This document shows positions 9,701-18,128 of a stretch of DNA of 64,000 nucleotides, in pieces (positions within the stretch are counted from its first letter, which is position 1; each line of letters starts with the position of its first letter). Origin of the DNA: Candidatus Fimenecus sp. (GTDB lineage: Bacteria > Bacillota > Clostridia > Oscillospirales > Acutalibacteraceae); the NCBI GenBank assembly GCA_052169395.1, contig JBQNCN010000003.1:242279-306278 (forward strand), given 5' to 3'. The notes beneath the pieces are model-generated. The model searched no databases. It had not been told where the DNA came from and saw only the letters and a list, made by a program, of their open reading frames with translations. A program made the translations under genes and the position numbers.

Positions 9701-9973
9701 ATGAAACTTTTTTTAATTGTTTACATAGTCGTACTTGCTATATTTTCCATTGCAGAATTTTTTCTTTCAAACTTAATTGAAAAAAAACCGTTATGCAAAA
9801 CATTTTCTATGATAAATGTTATTTTATGTATAGCATTTATTGTTATTTCAATGGGTATTTTTGAACGACGTTTCAACTTAAGTATGCTTAAATCCTCTAT
9901 TATTGGTGCCTTTTCATTGGCACTTATATATCTTGCAGATATATTCGGATCAAAATTTAACAAAAACAATTAA
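9701..9973 (+). CDS. Small integral membrane protein, unknown function
   Basis: 90-aa ORF with three hydrophobic segments. RBS AGGTGA lies 6 nt before the ATG. Confidence 0.55.
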   Translation: MKLFLIVYIVVLAIFSIAEFFLSNLIEKKPLCKTFSMINVILCIAFIVISMGIFERRFNLSMLKSSIIGAFSLALIYLADIFGSKFNKNN

Positions 9974-10017
9974 ATATGAACAAATTGTAAATTCATATAA
10001 AACAAAAAAATAAATAT

Positions 10018-10030
10018 TGACTATTAGTCA
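10018..10030. promoter_or_regulatory. Palindromic operator 1 (TGACT-att-AGTCA) overlapping a TTGACT -35 element
   Basis: Perfect palindrome TGACTATTAGTCA. TTGACT, a 17-nt spacer and TATAAC form a plausible promoter for the TetR operon. Confidence 0.55.
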
Positions 10031-10056
10031 TTTTAGATGTATAACACTCATTAAGT

Positions 10057-10075
10057 AAATGACTGATAGTCATTT
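10057..10075. promoter_or_regulatory. Palindromic operator 2 (AAATGACT-gat-AGTCATTT)
   Basis: Perfect 8-3-8 inverted repeat with the same TGACT-N3-AGTCA core. It lies between the putative -10 and the RBS of the TetR gene. Confidence 0.55.
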
Positions 10076-10092
10076 TTATTTAGGAGATCGTT

Positions 10093-10698
10093 ATGTCAAC
10101 AATTGAAGAAAATAAAAATTTAAAAAGAGAAAAAATCTTGTCCGCCGCCTATGAGCTTTTTTCAAAAAAAGGTATACAGAAAACTGCTATAGATGAAGTT
10201 GTTAAACGCGCGGAAATTGCAAAAGGAACTTTTTATCTATATTTTAAAAGTAAATACGACCTTTTAGATATGGTAATTATAGAAAAAAGTGAACAACTTA
10301 TAAAAATACTGATTAATAAACTAAAAGAAAAAAATAATACCGAATTACTCACTCCCGTTGAACAACTTTTATTTTTTACAGATTTAGTACTTGATGCAAT
10401 AGAAGAACACAAAAATATTTTTTATATCATTTCGGAAAAAAAAACTTTGTTTTTAAACACCCTTACAAGTAATTCAGAAAACATGGAAACTGACTATATT
10501 ATAGAAATTTTCAAACAAATAGGATTTTCAGAAGAAAGGGCAAAAAAAATTCTATATCTACTGTTTTGCATGACACTTACAGCTTGTGAAAATGCAATAA
10601 TAAACCAAAAGCCCTTTTCACAAAATGATATATCCCCTGAAATTCATTTTATTATAAAAGCTATTACAGAAACACAAAAGAAGGAAATTTATGATTAA
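10093..10698 (+). CDS. TetR/AcrR family transcriptional regulator
   Basis: N-terminal HTH: ILSAAYELFSKKGIQKTAIDEVVKRAEIAKGTFYLYFKSKYDL. RBS is AGGAG. Confidence 0.9.
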   Translation: MSTIEENKNLKREKILSAAYELFSKKGIQKTAIDEVVKRAEIAKGTFYLYFKSKYDLLDMVIIEKSEQLIKILINKLKEKNNTELLTPVEQLLFFTDLVLDAIEEHKNIFYIISEKKTLFLNTLTSNSENMETDYIIEIFKQIGFSEERAKKILYLLFCMTLTACENAIINQKPFSQNDISPEIHFIIKAITETQKKEIYD

Positions 10699-12829
10699 TC
10701 ACACTGCCAAATGGATATCAAGACATTCAAAACTTATTGCTATAGTATGTATTTTGTTAATAATCCCATCAATCATCGGATATTTAAGCACATTTATAAA
10801 TTATGATATTCTTTCATATTTGCCGAAAAACTTAAACTCGGTTGCCGGAGAGGAAATTTTAGATAAAACTTTCGGAAATTCCGCAACAGCCTTTATTATA
10901 ATAAAAAATCAATCAGCAGGTACGACACAGAAATTAAAAAATAAAATATCAAAAATAGAGGGTGTTTCCCAAGTTCTTTGGATTGATGATATTGCGGATA
11001 TTTCAATTCCTCGGGAAATTCTTCCGGATGAAATCCAAAAAATTTTCTATTCAAAAGATGGTTCTACAACGCTTATGATGGTACAGTTTTCCGGAAGTGC
11101 CTCAAGCGATTCCACAACCGCAGCAATTAAACAAATTCGTAAATATATGAATAAAGATATGCTTATAAGCGGACTTTCCGCTATAGGATATGATACAAAA
11201 AAACTTGCAGACAGCCAGTCTTTTATCTTTATTATACTTGCTATATCCATAGCTCTTGCAATAATGTCATTTACACTTGAAAGCTATGCTCTGCCGTTTA
11301 TACTTTTAGCATCGCTTATGCTTGCAGTCATATATAATATGGGTACAAATATTATTTTCGGCTCAATTTCATATATAACACAATGTATATCAGCAATTCT
11401 TCAATTAGGCGTAACCATGGATTATTCCGTATTTTTAATAGATCGCTATACTGAAGAAAAACGTTTTTTTGACAATAAGCAAGATGCTATGGCAAAAGCG
11501 ATTTCAGGAACCTTTGTTTCTCTCATCGGGTCATCTCTCACAACAATTTTCGGTTTTCTGGCACTTTGCTTTATGTCGTTGACACTCGGCAAAGATATAG
11601 GTCTTGTAATGGCAAAAGGCGTTATTTTCGGAGTTTTGTCCGTAGTAACCTTTTTACCGTCAATTGTACTTTTACTTGATGACAAAATTGAAAACACTCG
11701 CCACAAATCCAAAATCCCAAACTTTGATAAGTTAAACCGGTTTACAATAAAACACCGCAGGCTTTTTGCTATAATTGTGCTCATACTTATTATTCCGTCG
11801 TATCTTGCCAGCTCAAAACTCAATCTCTATTATGATATGACAAAATCTATTCCACAAAATCTTATCTCCGTGCGCGGTCTTAATGAAATGAAAGAAAAAT
11901 TCAATATGGCAAGCACACACTTTGTCATAATAAATAAAGATATTCCGTCAAATAAGCTTGAATCAATGACAACTGAAATAAAAAAAATAGATGGTATAAA
12001 TTCCGTATTAAGTCTTTCAAGCTTTATAGGTGCAGCCGTTCCTAAAGAAATACTTCCTGAAAAATTCACTAAAATATCTGAAAGCAAAAATTATCAACTT
12101 ATAATGATAACCTCAGAATACAATACCGCTTCCGATGAAGTTAATGCTCAAATAGATAAAATAAAAGATATAGTATTTAAATATGATAAAAATGGCTATA
12201 TAACAGGTGAAGGAGTAATGACCAAAGACTTAATTGATATTACTAAACGAGATTTTGCCATTACAAACATTCTTTCAATAGCCGCAATCTTTATTTTAAT
12301 TGCCATCACCTTTAAATCACTTTCAATTCCATTTATTTTAGTCTCTGCAATTGAACTTGCAATATTTATAAATGAAAGCATAAGTTTTATTATAAACGAA
12401 CCGCTACCGTTCATTGCACCTACAATAATATCCGCCGTACAACTTGGTGCAACCGTCGATTATGCCATATTGCTCACATCAAGATTTCGTGAAGAAAGAC
12501 GCTTTGGCAAAACAGATAAGGAAGCTATTATAGCTGCAGCAAACGCTGCTGACAGATCAATTTTTCAAAGCGCTCTCGTCTTTTTCGGTGCAACATTCGG
12601 AGTATATCTTTCTTGCAACATACAAATTGTAAAATCAATTTGCGGTCTTCTCGCAAGAGGCGCTCTTATTTCAGGTATTGTAATAATTGTATTTCTTACA
12701 CCAATATTATTTATTTCAGAAAAATTTATAGATAAAACAACCCTGCATTGGACATATTCTTCTACACTTACAAAAAAAATCCATAAACATATAAAAAACA
12801 AATTTAACGATAAAATAAAGAAGGGATAA
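10691..12829 (+). CDS. MMPL/RND-superfamily efflux transporter
   Basis: 712 aa with a duplicated architecture: TM helix, large external loop, then a five-TM bundle, twice. Overlaps the TetR stop by 8 nt. Confidence 0.8.
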   Translation: MINHTAKWISRHSKLIAIVCILLIIPSIIGYLSTFINYDILSYLPKNLNSVAGEEILDKTFGNSATAFIIIKNQSAGTTQKLKNKISKIEGVSQVLWIDDIADISIPREILPDEIQKIFYSKDGSTTLMMVQFSGSASSDSTTAAIKQIRKYMNKDMLISGLSAIGYDTKKLADSQSFIFIILAISIALAIMSFTLESYALPFILLASLMLAVIYNMGTNIIFGSISYITQCISAILQLGVTMDYSVFLIDRYTEEKRFFDNKQDAMAKAISGTFVSLIGSSLTTIFGFLALCFMSLTLGKDIGLVMAKGVIFGVLSVVTFLPSIVLLLDDKIENTRHKSKIPNFDKLNRFTIKHRRLFAIIVLILIIPSYLASSKLNLYYDMTKSIPQNLISVRGLNEMKEKFNMASTHFVIINKDIPSNKLESMTTEIKKIDGINSVLSLSSFIGAAVPKEILPEKFTKISESKNYQLIMITSEYNTASDEVNAQIDKIKDIVFKYDKNGYITGEGVMTKDLIDITKRDFAITNILSIAAIFILIAITFKSLSIPFILVSAIELAIFINESISFIINEPLPFIAPTIISAVQLGATVDYAILLTSRFREERRFGKTDKEAIIAAANAADRSIFQSALVFFGATFGVYLSCNIQIVKSICGLLARGALISGIVIIVFLTPILFISEKFIDKTTLHWTYSSTLTKKIHKHIKNKFNDKIKKG

Positions 12830-12830
12830 A

Positions 12831-14489
12831 ATGAAAAAAACAAATTCCAAATTTATAAAAATTACCGCCGCACTTCTGTGTGCAGTATTAATAAGTACTG
12901 TATTCTCAAGTTGCGGAAAATCAGATGGAAGCCTAAGTTCAGAAATTTCTACTGATCAGACAAACGATCCAGGTAAGCCTTTATATACTGAACGCGATGA
13001 CAAATATACAAAACACGAAACAGTATTTACCATATTAAAAAACAACGGAGAGGTACAAAGCACTACTGTAACGGACAGGTTACAAGCCGACAAAGGCGGT
13101 ATTTTAATTAAGGATATCACCGATTTAAAAGATGTTAAAAATTTGAAAACAGGTGCTTTACCTATTTATGAGAATGAAGATATGCTTTGGAGTTCCGAAA
13201 CATCCGATTTATATTATTCAGGCACATCAGAAAAACCGTTACCTATAAACTTTAGCATTAAATATTTTATCAATGATAAAGAAATTCCTGTAAATGAACT
13301 TGCAGGAAAAACAGGACAACTTAAAATCCAAATTAAAATGATTAACAATATTTATAAGGATATAAATATAAATGGTAAACCCGCTAAAATATATAATCCT
13401 ATGCTGACAATAGGTGGATTGGTTTTCTCAAATACAAATTATAAAAATATAAAATGTGAAAACGGAAAAATAACAGATGACGGTACAAAACATATTGTTG
13501 TTTTTGCCGGAATGCCGGGTGTAAACGAAACTCTCGGATTGGAAAATTCATCTATTATTAAAAACAATAAATTAAATTTTAATGACAACTTTGAAATAAC
13601 AGCTGATGTAACAGACCTTATTCTTGGAAATATTTATTTTGCCGCAGTTCCATTATCAAGTATTACAGGTTCTGAAACTAATGAGAATAAAAATATTAAT
13701 AATATAAAAGATAATCTTGATAAGCTTAAAAGTATTGAAAAAAGCATTGAAAAAATGAATTTATCCGATGTGCTGTCTACAATAATGAATAACTCATCAA
13801 ATGCTTCAGATTTAGCTGAAAACATTTCAAAAGCCGCTTCACTTTATAAAGACAATAAAAAACTTTTAGATGTTTTCAAAAAATATATCAACGATGATAA
13901 TATAAAAGCTCTTCAAGCCGCTGCAGAAACGCTCAGTTCTCCGGAAGCACAAAGTTTTTTAACGCTTTTACAGGATGAAAACGTACAAAAATTTATTCGT
14001 CTTTTGCCATCTGCAAGTCAAAGCATTGCAAATGCAGCACCACTTGCCGAAAAACTCGGAAAAGATTTAAATGATCCTGAGATTCAAAGAGAACTTAACA
14101 ATCTTCCAGATACTGTAAATAAAATAAAACAACTTGAAGCTTCATTAAATAGCAATAAAGAACTTTTAGATGCCATGGCAGAACTCACTTCAAAAAATAA
14201 TGCTCAAAATGTTTCTGCACTTTTATCACAAATAAGTTCTCTCAATCTACATTTAAACTTTTCTGACATTGTTTCAATAACAAATGATTCAGACGATATT
14301 GTAAAACGGTTTAATGAAATGACCGAATATTCAAAAGAATATAAAATTTATACAAAGGTTTTAGATCAAACACCCACTAAACTTTCTTTTATATATAAAA
14401 CTCCCACTATTGAAAAACCTGAAAAGATAAAGAAAAATAAAAATACAAACAAGAAAAATCTTATGTCACAAATTTTCAAAAAGAAATAA
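12831..14489 (+). CDS. Lipoprotein of unknown function, possibly an accessory to the MMPL pump
   Basis: Signal peptide with lipobox VFSSC. The N-terminal half looks beta-rich and the C-terminal half is a long helical, coiled-coil-like region. The ATG lies 1 nt after the MMPL stop. Confidence 0.7.
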   Translation: MKKTNSKFIKITAALLCAVLISTVFSSCGKSDGSLSSEISTDQTNDPGKPLYTERDDKYTKHETVFTILKNNGEVQSTTVTDRLQADKGGILIKDITDLKDVKNLKTGALPIYENEDMLWSSETSDLYYSGTSEKPLPINFSIKYFINDKEIPVNELAGKTGQLKIQIKMINNIYKDININGKPAKIYNPMLTIGGLVFSNTNYKNIKCENGKITDDGTKHIVVFAGMPGVNETLGLENSSIIKNNKLNFNDNFEITADVTDLILGNIYFAAVPLSSITGSETNENKNINNIKDNLDKLKSIEKSIEKMNLSDVLSTIMNNSSNASDLAENISKAASLYKDNKKLLDVFKKYINDDNIKALQAAAETLSSPEAQSFLTLLQDENVQKFIRLLPSASQSIANAAPLAEKLGKDLNDPEIQRELNNLPDTVNKIKQLEASLNSNKELLDAMAELTSKNNAQNVSALLSQISSLNLHLNFSDIVSITNDSDDIVKRFNEMTEYSKEYKIYTKVLDQTPTKLSFIYKTPTIEKPEKIKKNKNTNKKNLMSQIFKKK

Positions 14490-14490
14490 C

Positions 14491-14519
14491 AAAAGCGTGC
14501 TGAAATTCAGCACGCTTTT
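14491..14519. terminator. Bidirectional terminator
   Basis: AAAAGCGTGCTG-aaatt-CAGCACGCTTTT lies directly after the lipoprotein stop. It is also positioned to serve the convergent 14531..14779 gene. Confidence 0.8.
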
Positions 14520-14530
14520 AAATTATCTTT

Positions 14531-14779
14531 TTAAATTACCTTAAGATTATCCAAATATTCATTTGCCGTCTTTGCTTTTTCATTATACTCCTTTGCCTTA
14601 TTGGTCCTTTTAGTAAGCATTAAAACTGCAGATATAGCTTTTTTATAAACATCATAATCTTTTTTACTTATTTCATCTCCAGGCAGAAGTTCTTTTATCG
14701 TACCTGGATTAAAAGAATTTAAATAATCTACAAATTCATTTATGATTAAAATACCATTTTCATATTTTCTCTCATACAT
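14531..14779 (-). CDS. Hypothetical 82-aa protein
   Basis: ORF with a GAGAGG RBS 9 nt upstream. I recognised no motif. Confidence 0.5.
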   Translation of the reverse strand: MYERKYENGILIINEFVDYLNSFNPGTIKELLPGDEISKKDYDVYKKAISAVLMLTKRTNKAKEYNEKAKTANEYLDNLKVI

Positions 14780-14895
14780 TATTCAATACCTCTCTCAATA
14801 GATATAATATTACTAATCAACACATTTGTCAATATGTTAATAATTCATAATATTAACTACCTATAAACACTCATACAATTTATATGGACTTTTGT

Positions 14896-14924
14896 TTGAC
14901 AAGCACTTATCTCGGTGGTATCAT
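14896..14924 (+). promoter_or_regulatory. Promoter of tRNA-Arg
   Basis: TTGACA (14896-14901), a 17-nt spacer, then an extended -10 TGgTATCAT ending at 14924. It lies about 12 nt before the tRNA 5' end. Confidence 0.55.
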
Positions 14925-14935
14925 ATTTGCCGTAG

Positions 14936-15012
14936 GTTTCCGTAGCTCAGCTGGATAGAGCGACCGCCTCCTAAGCGGTAGGTCGGAGGTTCAAATCCTC
15001 TCGGGAACGCCA
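14936..15012 (+). tRNA. tRNA-Arg (anticodon CCT)
   Basis: Folds by hand into a 77-nt cloverleaf: acceptor GTTTCCG/CGGGAAC, D arm GCTC..GAGC, anticodon stem ACCGC/GCGGT with loop CTCCTAA, T arm GGAGG-TTCAAAT-CCTCT, encoded CCA. Confidence 0.9.
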
Positions 15013-15041
15013 AAAACCGTTGAGAATACTCAACGGTTTTT
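15012..15041. terminator. Bidirectional terminator shared by tRNA-Arg (+) and trpB (-)
   Basis: CCGTTGAG-aata-CTCAACGG flanked by AAAAA and TTTTT. Confidence 0.8.
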
Positions 15042-15056
15042 AATTTATTTAAAAAA

Positions 15057-16241
15057 TTAAATATTTATATCAATACCTCTATATTGCGCCATCTCAAAGG
15101 CATCCTTATCCCCTCTTCCAGAAAGAGTTATAACTATCAATTTATCCTTTGAAAGCATAGGTGCAAGCTTTCTAGCATATGCCACCGCATGAGAAGACTC
15201 TATTGCAGGAATTATTCCTTCCATTTCTGAAAGATATTCAAAAGCCGAAACCGCCTCATCATCATTTATTGGAACATATTCCGCTCTTTTAATATCATTC
15301 AGATATGCATGTTCAGGACCTATTCCCGGATAATCAAGTCCTGCTGAAATAGAATATACCGGTGCAATTTCACCTTTATCATCCTTACAAAAATATGAAT
15401 TCATACCATGATATATCGCAGGACTTCCCGATGAAATAGTAGCTGCAGTATCAGGTGTTTCAACTCCATGACCTGCTCCCTCACAACCTATAAGATGAAC
15501 CTCATCATTTTCAATAAAGTTATAAAAAGAACCTATGGCATTTGACCCTCCACCAATGCAAGCAATTATATAATCAGGATTTTTACCTTCTCTTAAATTT
15601 AACTGTTCCTTAATTTCTTTTGAAATAACCGACTGAAAATCTCTTACAATCTTAGGGAACGGATGTGGACCTACTGCTGATCCGACAAGATAATGAGTAT
15701 CCTCAAGTCTTTTTGCCCATTCATCAAAGGATGCATTTACAGCATCTGCAAGAGTTGCTGTTCCGCTTTTAACGGCACTTACCCTTGCCCCCATAAGACG
15801 CATCTTATAAACATTGAGAGATTGACGCCTCATATCCACCTCACCCATAAAAATTTCACATTCCATTTTTAAAAGTGCGGCAACTGTTGCAACTGCAACA
15901 CCGTGAGAACCTGCTCCCGTTTCAGCGATAAGCCTTTTCTTTCCCATCCTTTTTGCAAGAATTGCCTGTCCTAAAGCGTTATTTATCTTATGTGCTCCGG
16001 TATGATTTAAATCCTCTCTTTTAAGATAAATTTTTGCTCCTCCCAAATCTTCAGTCATATTTTTTGCAAAATAAAGCCTTGAAGGTCTTCCGGCATAATC
16101 ATCCAAAAGTCGCTCAAGTTCTTCATTAAAAGCGTCATCATTTTTATATTTATTATATGCTTCTTCCAGCTCATCAAGTGCTTTTATAACATCTTCAGAA
16201 ACATACTGTCCGCCATATTTCCCAAAATAACCTTTGTTCAT
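15057..16241 (-). CDS. trpB: Tryptophan synthase beta chain (TrpB1-type), with no adjacent trpA
   Basis: [11 protein letters not shown]-terminus, GRPSRLYFA, and [16 protein letters not shown] with the PLP lysine. 394 aa. RBS is AGGAG. Confidence 0.9.
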   Translation of the reverse strand: MNKGYFGKYGGQYVSEDVIKALDELEEAYNKYKNDDAFNEELERLLDDYAGRPSRLYFAKNMTEDLGGAKIYLKREDLNHTGAHKINNALGQAILAKRMGKKRLIAETGAGSHGVAVATVAALLKMECEIFMGEVDMRRQSLNVYKMRLMGARVSAVKSGTATLADAVNASFDEWAKRLEDTHYLVGSAVGPHPFPKIVRDFQSVISKEIKEQLNLREGKNPDYIIACIGGGSNAIGSFYNFIENDEVHLIGCEGAGHGVETPDTAATISSGSPAIYHGMNSYFCKDDKGEIAPVYSISAGLDYPGIGPEHAYLNDIKRAEYVPINDDEAVSAFEYLSEMEGIIPAIESSHAVAYARKLAPMLSKDKLIVITLSGRGDKDAFEMAQYRGIDINI

Positions 16242-16297
16242 TATTTTCTCCTATCTAATTAAATTCAATTTATCAAATACTGTCATCAACAACACCT

Positions 16298-16344
16298 TAT
16301 AAAAAACAAAAAATTCGCCCCTGAATTTAAAATTCAAGGGCGAA
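16298..16344 (-). terminator. T-box attenuator terminator
   Basis: On the minus strand: UUCGCCCUUGAAUU-uuaa-AAUUCAGGGGCGAA followed by UUUUUUGUUUUUU. The 5' arm directly follows the T-box sequence. Confidence 0.8.
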
Positions 16345-16572
16345 ATAAATCCGCTGTGCCACCTTGATTCGCATTTAAAATGCGCACTCATTGAAATACA
16401 TACATATTCCCGGCTACTAACGCAAGCCACGCGTTGCAGAATACTAAGCAAAAACCGTTCACTGCACCCTCTGTGGTCCATTTGACAAACCGTCTCGCAT
16501 CCGTTTCCACCTAATAGGACTCTCTAAAACGTCGTAAATGCCTTTATCTCCACTTCATCGGTTTTGTGGTTT
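16298..16572 (-). promoter_or_regulatory. T-box riboswitch leader, tryptophan-specific
   Basis: Minus strand shows GAUGA near the stem I base, an AGAGAG box, a GGUGGAAA distal element, and a specifier loop AAAUGGAC with UGG (plus-strand coordinates 16478-16480) followed by a purine. The T-box sequence AAUCAAGGUGGCACAGCGG lies at 16351-16369, followed by the terminator. Confidence 0.85.
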
Positions 16573-16578
16573 AAAAAT

Positions 16579-16607
16579 ATAATAAAACTAATCTATCGAT
16601 TTGTCAA
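16579..16607 (-). promoter_or_regulatory. Promoter of the T-box/trpB unit
   Basis: Minus strand TTGACA (16607..16602), a 17-nt spacer, then TATTAT (16584..16579). It overlaps the 3' end of the upstream gene. Confidence 0.5.
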
Positions 16608-17316
16608 TCGCTTTTTCAGGACTTTCAATATATTTAAGTTCAAGATTATTCATCTTAAACTTATTATATTTTTCTTTATTTCTACCTATATATCCATTTT
16701 TTATCAAAGATGTAACTACGCAACCTAAAACGGCACCTAAAGAACCTATAATAATATCCTTCATTGTATCTTGCAGTCCGTAATCGTTTGTCGGAAAGCT
16801 ATTTTGAAGTGAAAGCCCATAAAAATGATCTACTATATATTCATAAATTTCCCAAGCTGCAGTAAATGCTTCACCAAAACAAAAAGCAAAAAGCCCTGCA
16901 AGACCGGGTGATAAATAATGCCTTGAAGTACTGTTCTGAATTAAAACTGCAAGTTCATAACCAAACCATGTAGTTAAAAATCCGGATATAAAATGTGTTA
17001 TAACATCTATATAAGCAAACTCAGTACGATTATTAAATGTACTTCCAACTATTACACAAAAAGTCACAAAAATGATAAATGCCGTAGAAGTTTTATAACT
17101 TCCCTTTGCCATAAATCCTCGGAAAGCAAATATTCTGAAAAAATCCCAAAGATGAGTTATCATCATTGCCCAAAATCCTTCATGAAACTCTACCCATGAG
17201 CCGTGAAGAACACCATAAATCGCCCATAAAATCATAGAAGCACGAAGCAACTCCCATAAAACTTTAATTTTAAACGGTGGTTCTTCATAATATAAATTGT
17301 AATCTTTTCTTGTCAT
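16588..17316 (-). CDS. Polytopic membrane protein, unknown family
   Basis: 242-aa ORF with about six hydrophobic segments. The RBS is weak, so the start is uncertain. Confidence 0.55.
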   Translation of the reverse strand: MTRKDYNLYYEEPPFKIKVLWELLRASMILWAIYGVLHGSWVEFHEGFWAMMITHLWDFFRIFAFRGFMAKGSYKTSTAFIIFVTFCVIVGSTFNNRTEFAYIDVITHFISGFLTTWFGYELAVLIQNSTSRHYLSPGLAGLFAFCFGEAFTAAWEIYEYIVDHFYGLSLQNSFPTNDYGLQDTMKDIIIGSLGAVLGCVVTSLIKNGYIGRNKEKYNKFKMNNLELKYIESPEKAIDKSID

Positions 17317-17359
17317 AAATGCGATTTTATCACATTAAAGCATAACTTTTCAAGCAAAT

Positions 17360-17390
17360 AAAAAAGACTGCTGTTCAGCAGTCTTAAAAA
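17360..17390 (-). terminator. Intrinsic terminator
   Basis: AGACTGCT-gttc-AGCAGTCT with a U-run on the minus strand, directly after the stop of the 17391..17903 gene. Confidence 0.75.
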
Positions 17391-17903
17391 TTATTTTATA
17401 AGTGTTAATTTACCTATAAGCGGAAGTTGCTTATTTTTTCCACCGTTTGCATTGACAATCCCTATCACCATACAAACCGTCAAAAAAATTCCCCATATCC
17501 AACCAACAATCGGGATCGGTGCAAGCATCATAAACAAACTTAAAATAAGTCCCTGATTCATGTGAAATCTTATAAACTTGTTGTTTTTATAATCTGATGC
17601 CAAAATAGCAATAACCCAAAAAGCCGGAATATATGCCATAATTGCAGCTGCTTTAGGATTTAAATATTTTTCCCATTTTAAATCCTCAGGGTCTGCTGCA
17701 AACTGGTCTACATAAGGCTGTTGATAAGCTCCCTGAGGTGCCTGCCAATTCTGCTGCTGATAATTTGCCTGTTGGGATACTTGCCAATTTTGTTGAGCAG
17801 ATTGAGTATTATTCCAATTTTCCTGTGGCGGAACCTGTACATTCGGCTCCCACGCCTGATTCTGTTGCTGCATTTCAGGTGTAAAATTATTGTTGTTATC
17901 CAT
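17391..17903 (-). CDS. Membrane protein with a Q/N/W-rich N-terminal region and a DUF4870-like C-terminal two-to-three-TM domain
   Basis: C-terminal AAIMAYIPAFWVIAILASDYKNNKFIRFHMNQGLILSLF resembles the DUF4870 family. The N-terminal ~65 aa is low complexity (QQNWQ-type repeats). RBS is AAGGAG. Confidence 0.7.
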   Translation of the reverse strand: MDNNNNFTPEMQQQNQAWEPNVQVPPQENWNNTQSAQQNWQVSQQANYQQQNWQAPQGAYQQPYVDQFAADPEDLKWEKYLNPKAAAIMAYIPAFWVIAILASDYKNNKFIRFHMNQGLILSLFMMLAPIPIVGWIWGIFLTVCMVIGIVNANGGKNKQLPLIGKLTLIK

Positions 17904-18089
17904 TTTATTCTCCTTAATATTATAATTTTAAATATTATAACATAATTTGAAAATTTGTGATATAGAAAATATATTCAATTTATTATTTCAGATACATTTT
18001 ATAAAACGCATATAAAATCATGAATAAAGCTTATATCAACACAAAATATTCTTTGTATAAGTCATAAAACAATATATTTCTAACATCGC

Positions 18090-18125
18090 TTTAAAAAGAT
18101 TTGAGATGACCTTAGGTCATCTCAA
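18090..18125 (-). terminator. Intrinsic terminator after purA
   Basis: 11-bp stem TTGAGATGACC/GGTCATCTCAA, followed on the minus strand by AUCUUUUUA. Confidence 0.75.
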
Positions 18126-18128
18126 TAC

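Noticed and set aside
16251-16481. 76-aa ORF on the minus strand upstream of trpB
   Set aside because: It lies entirely inside the T-box leader, running through the specifier region, the T-box sequence and the terminator. It has no RBS and an odd composition. The RNA element explains the region better.
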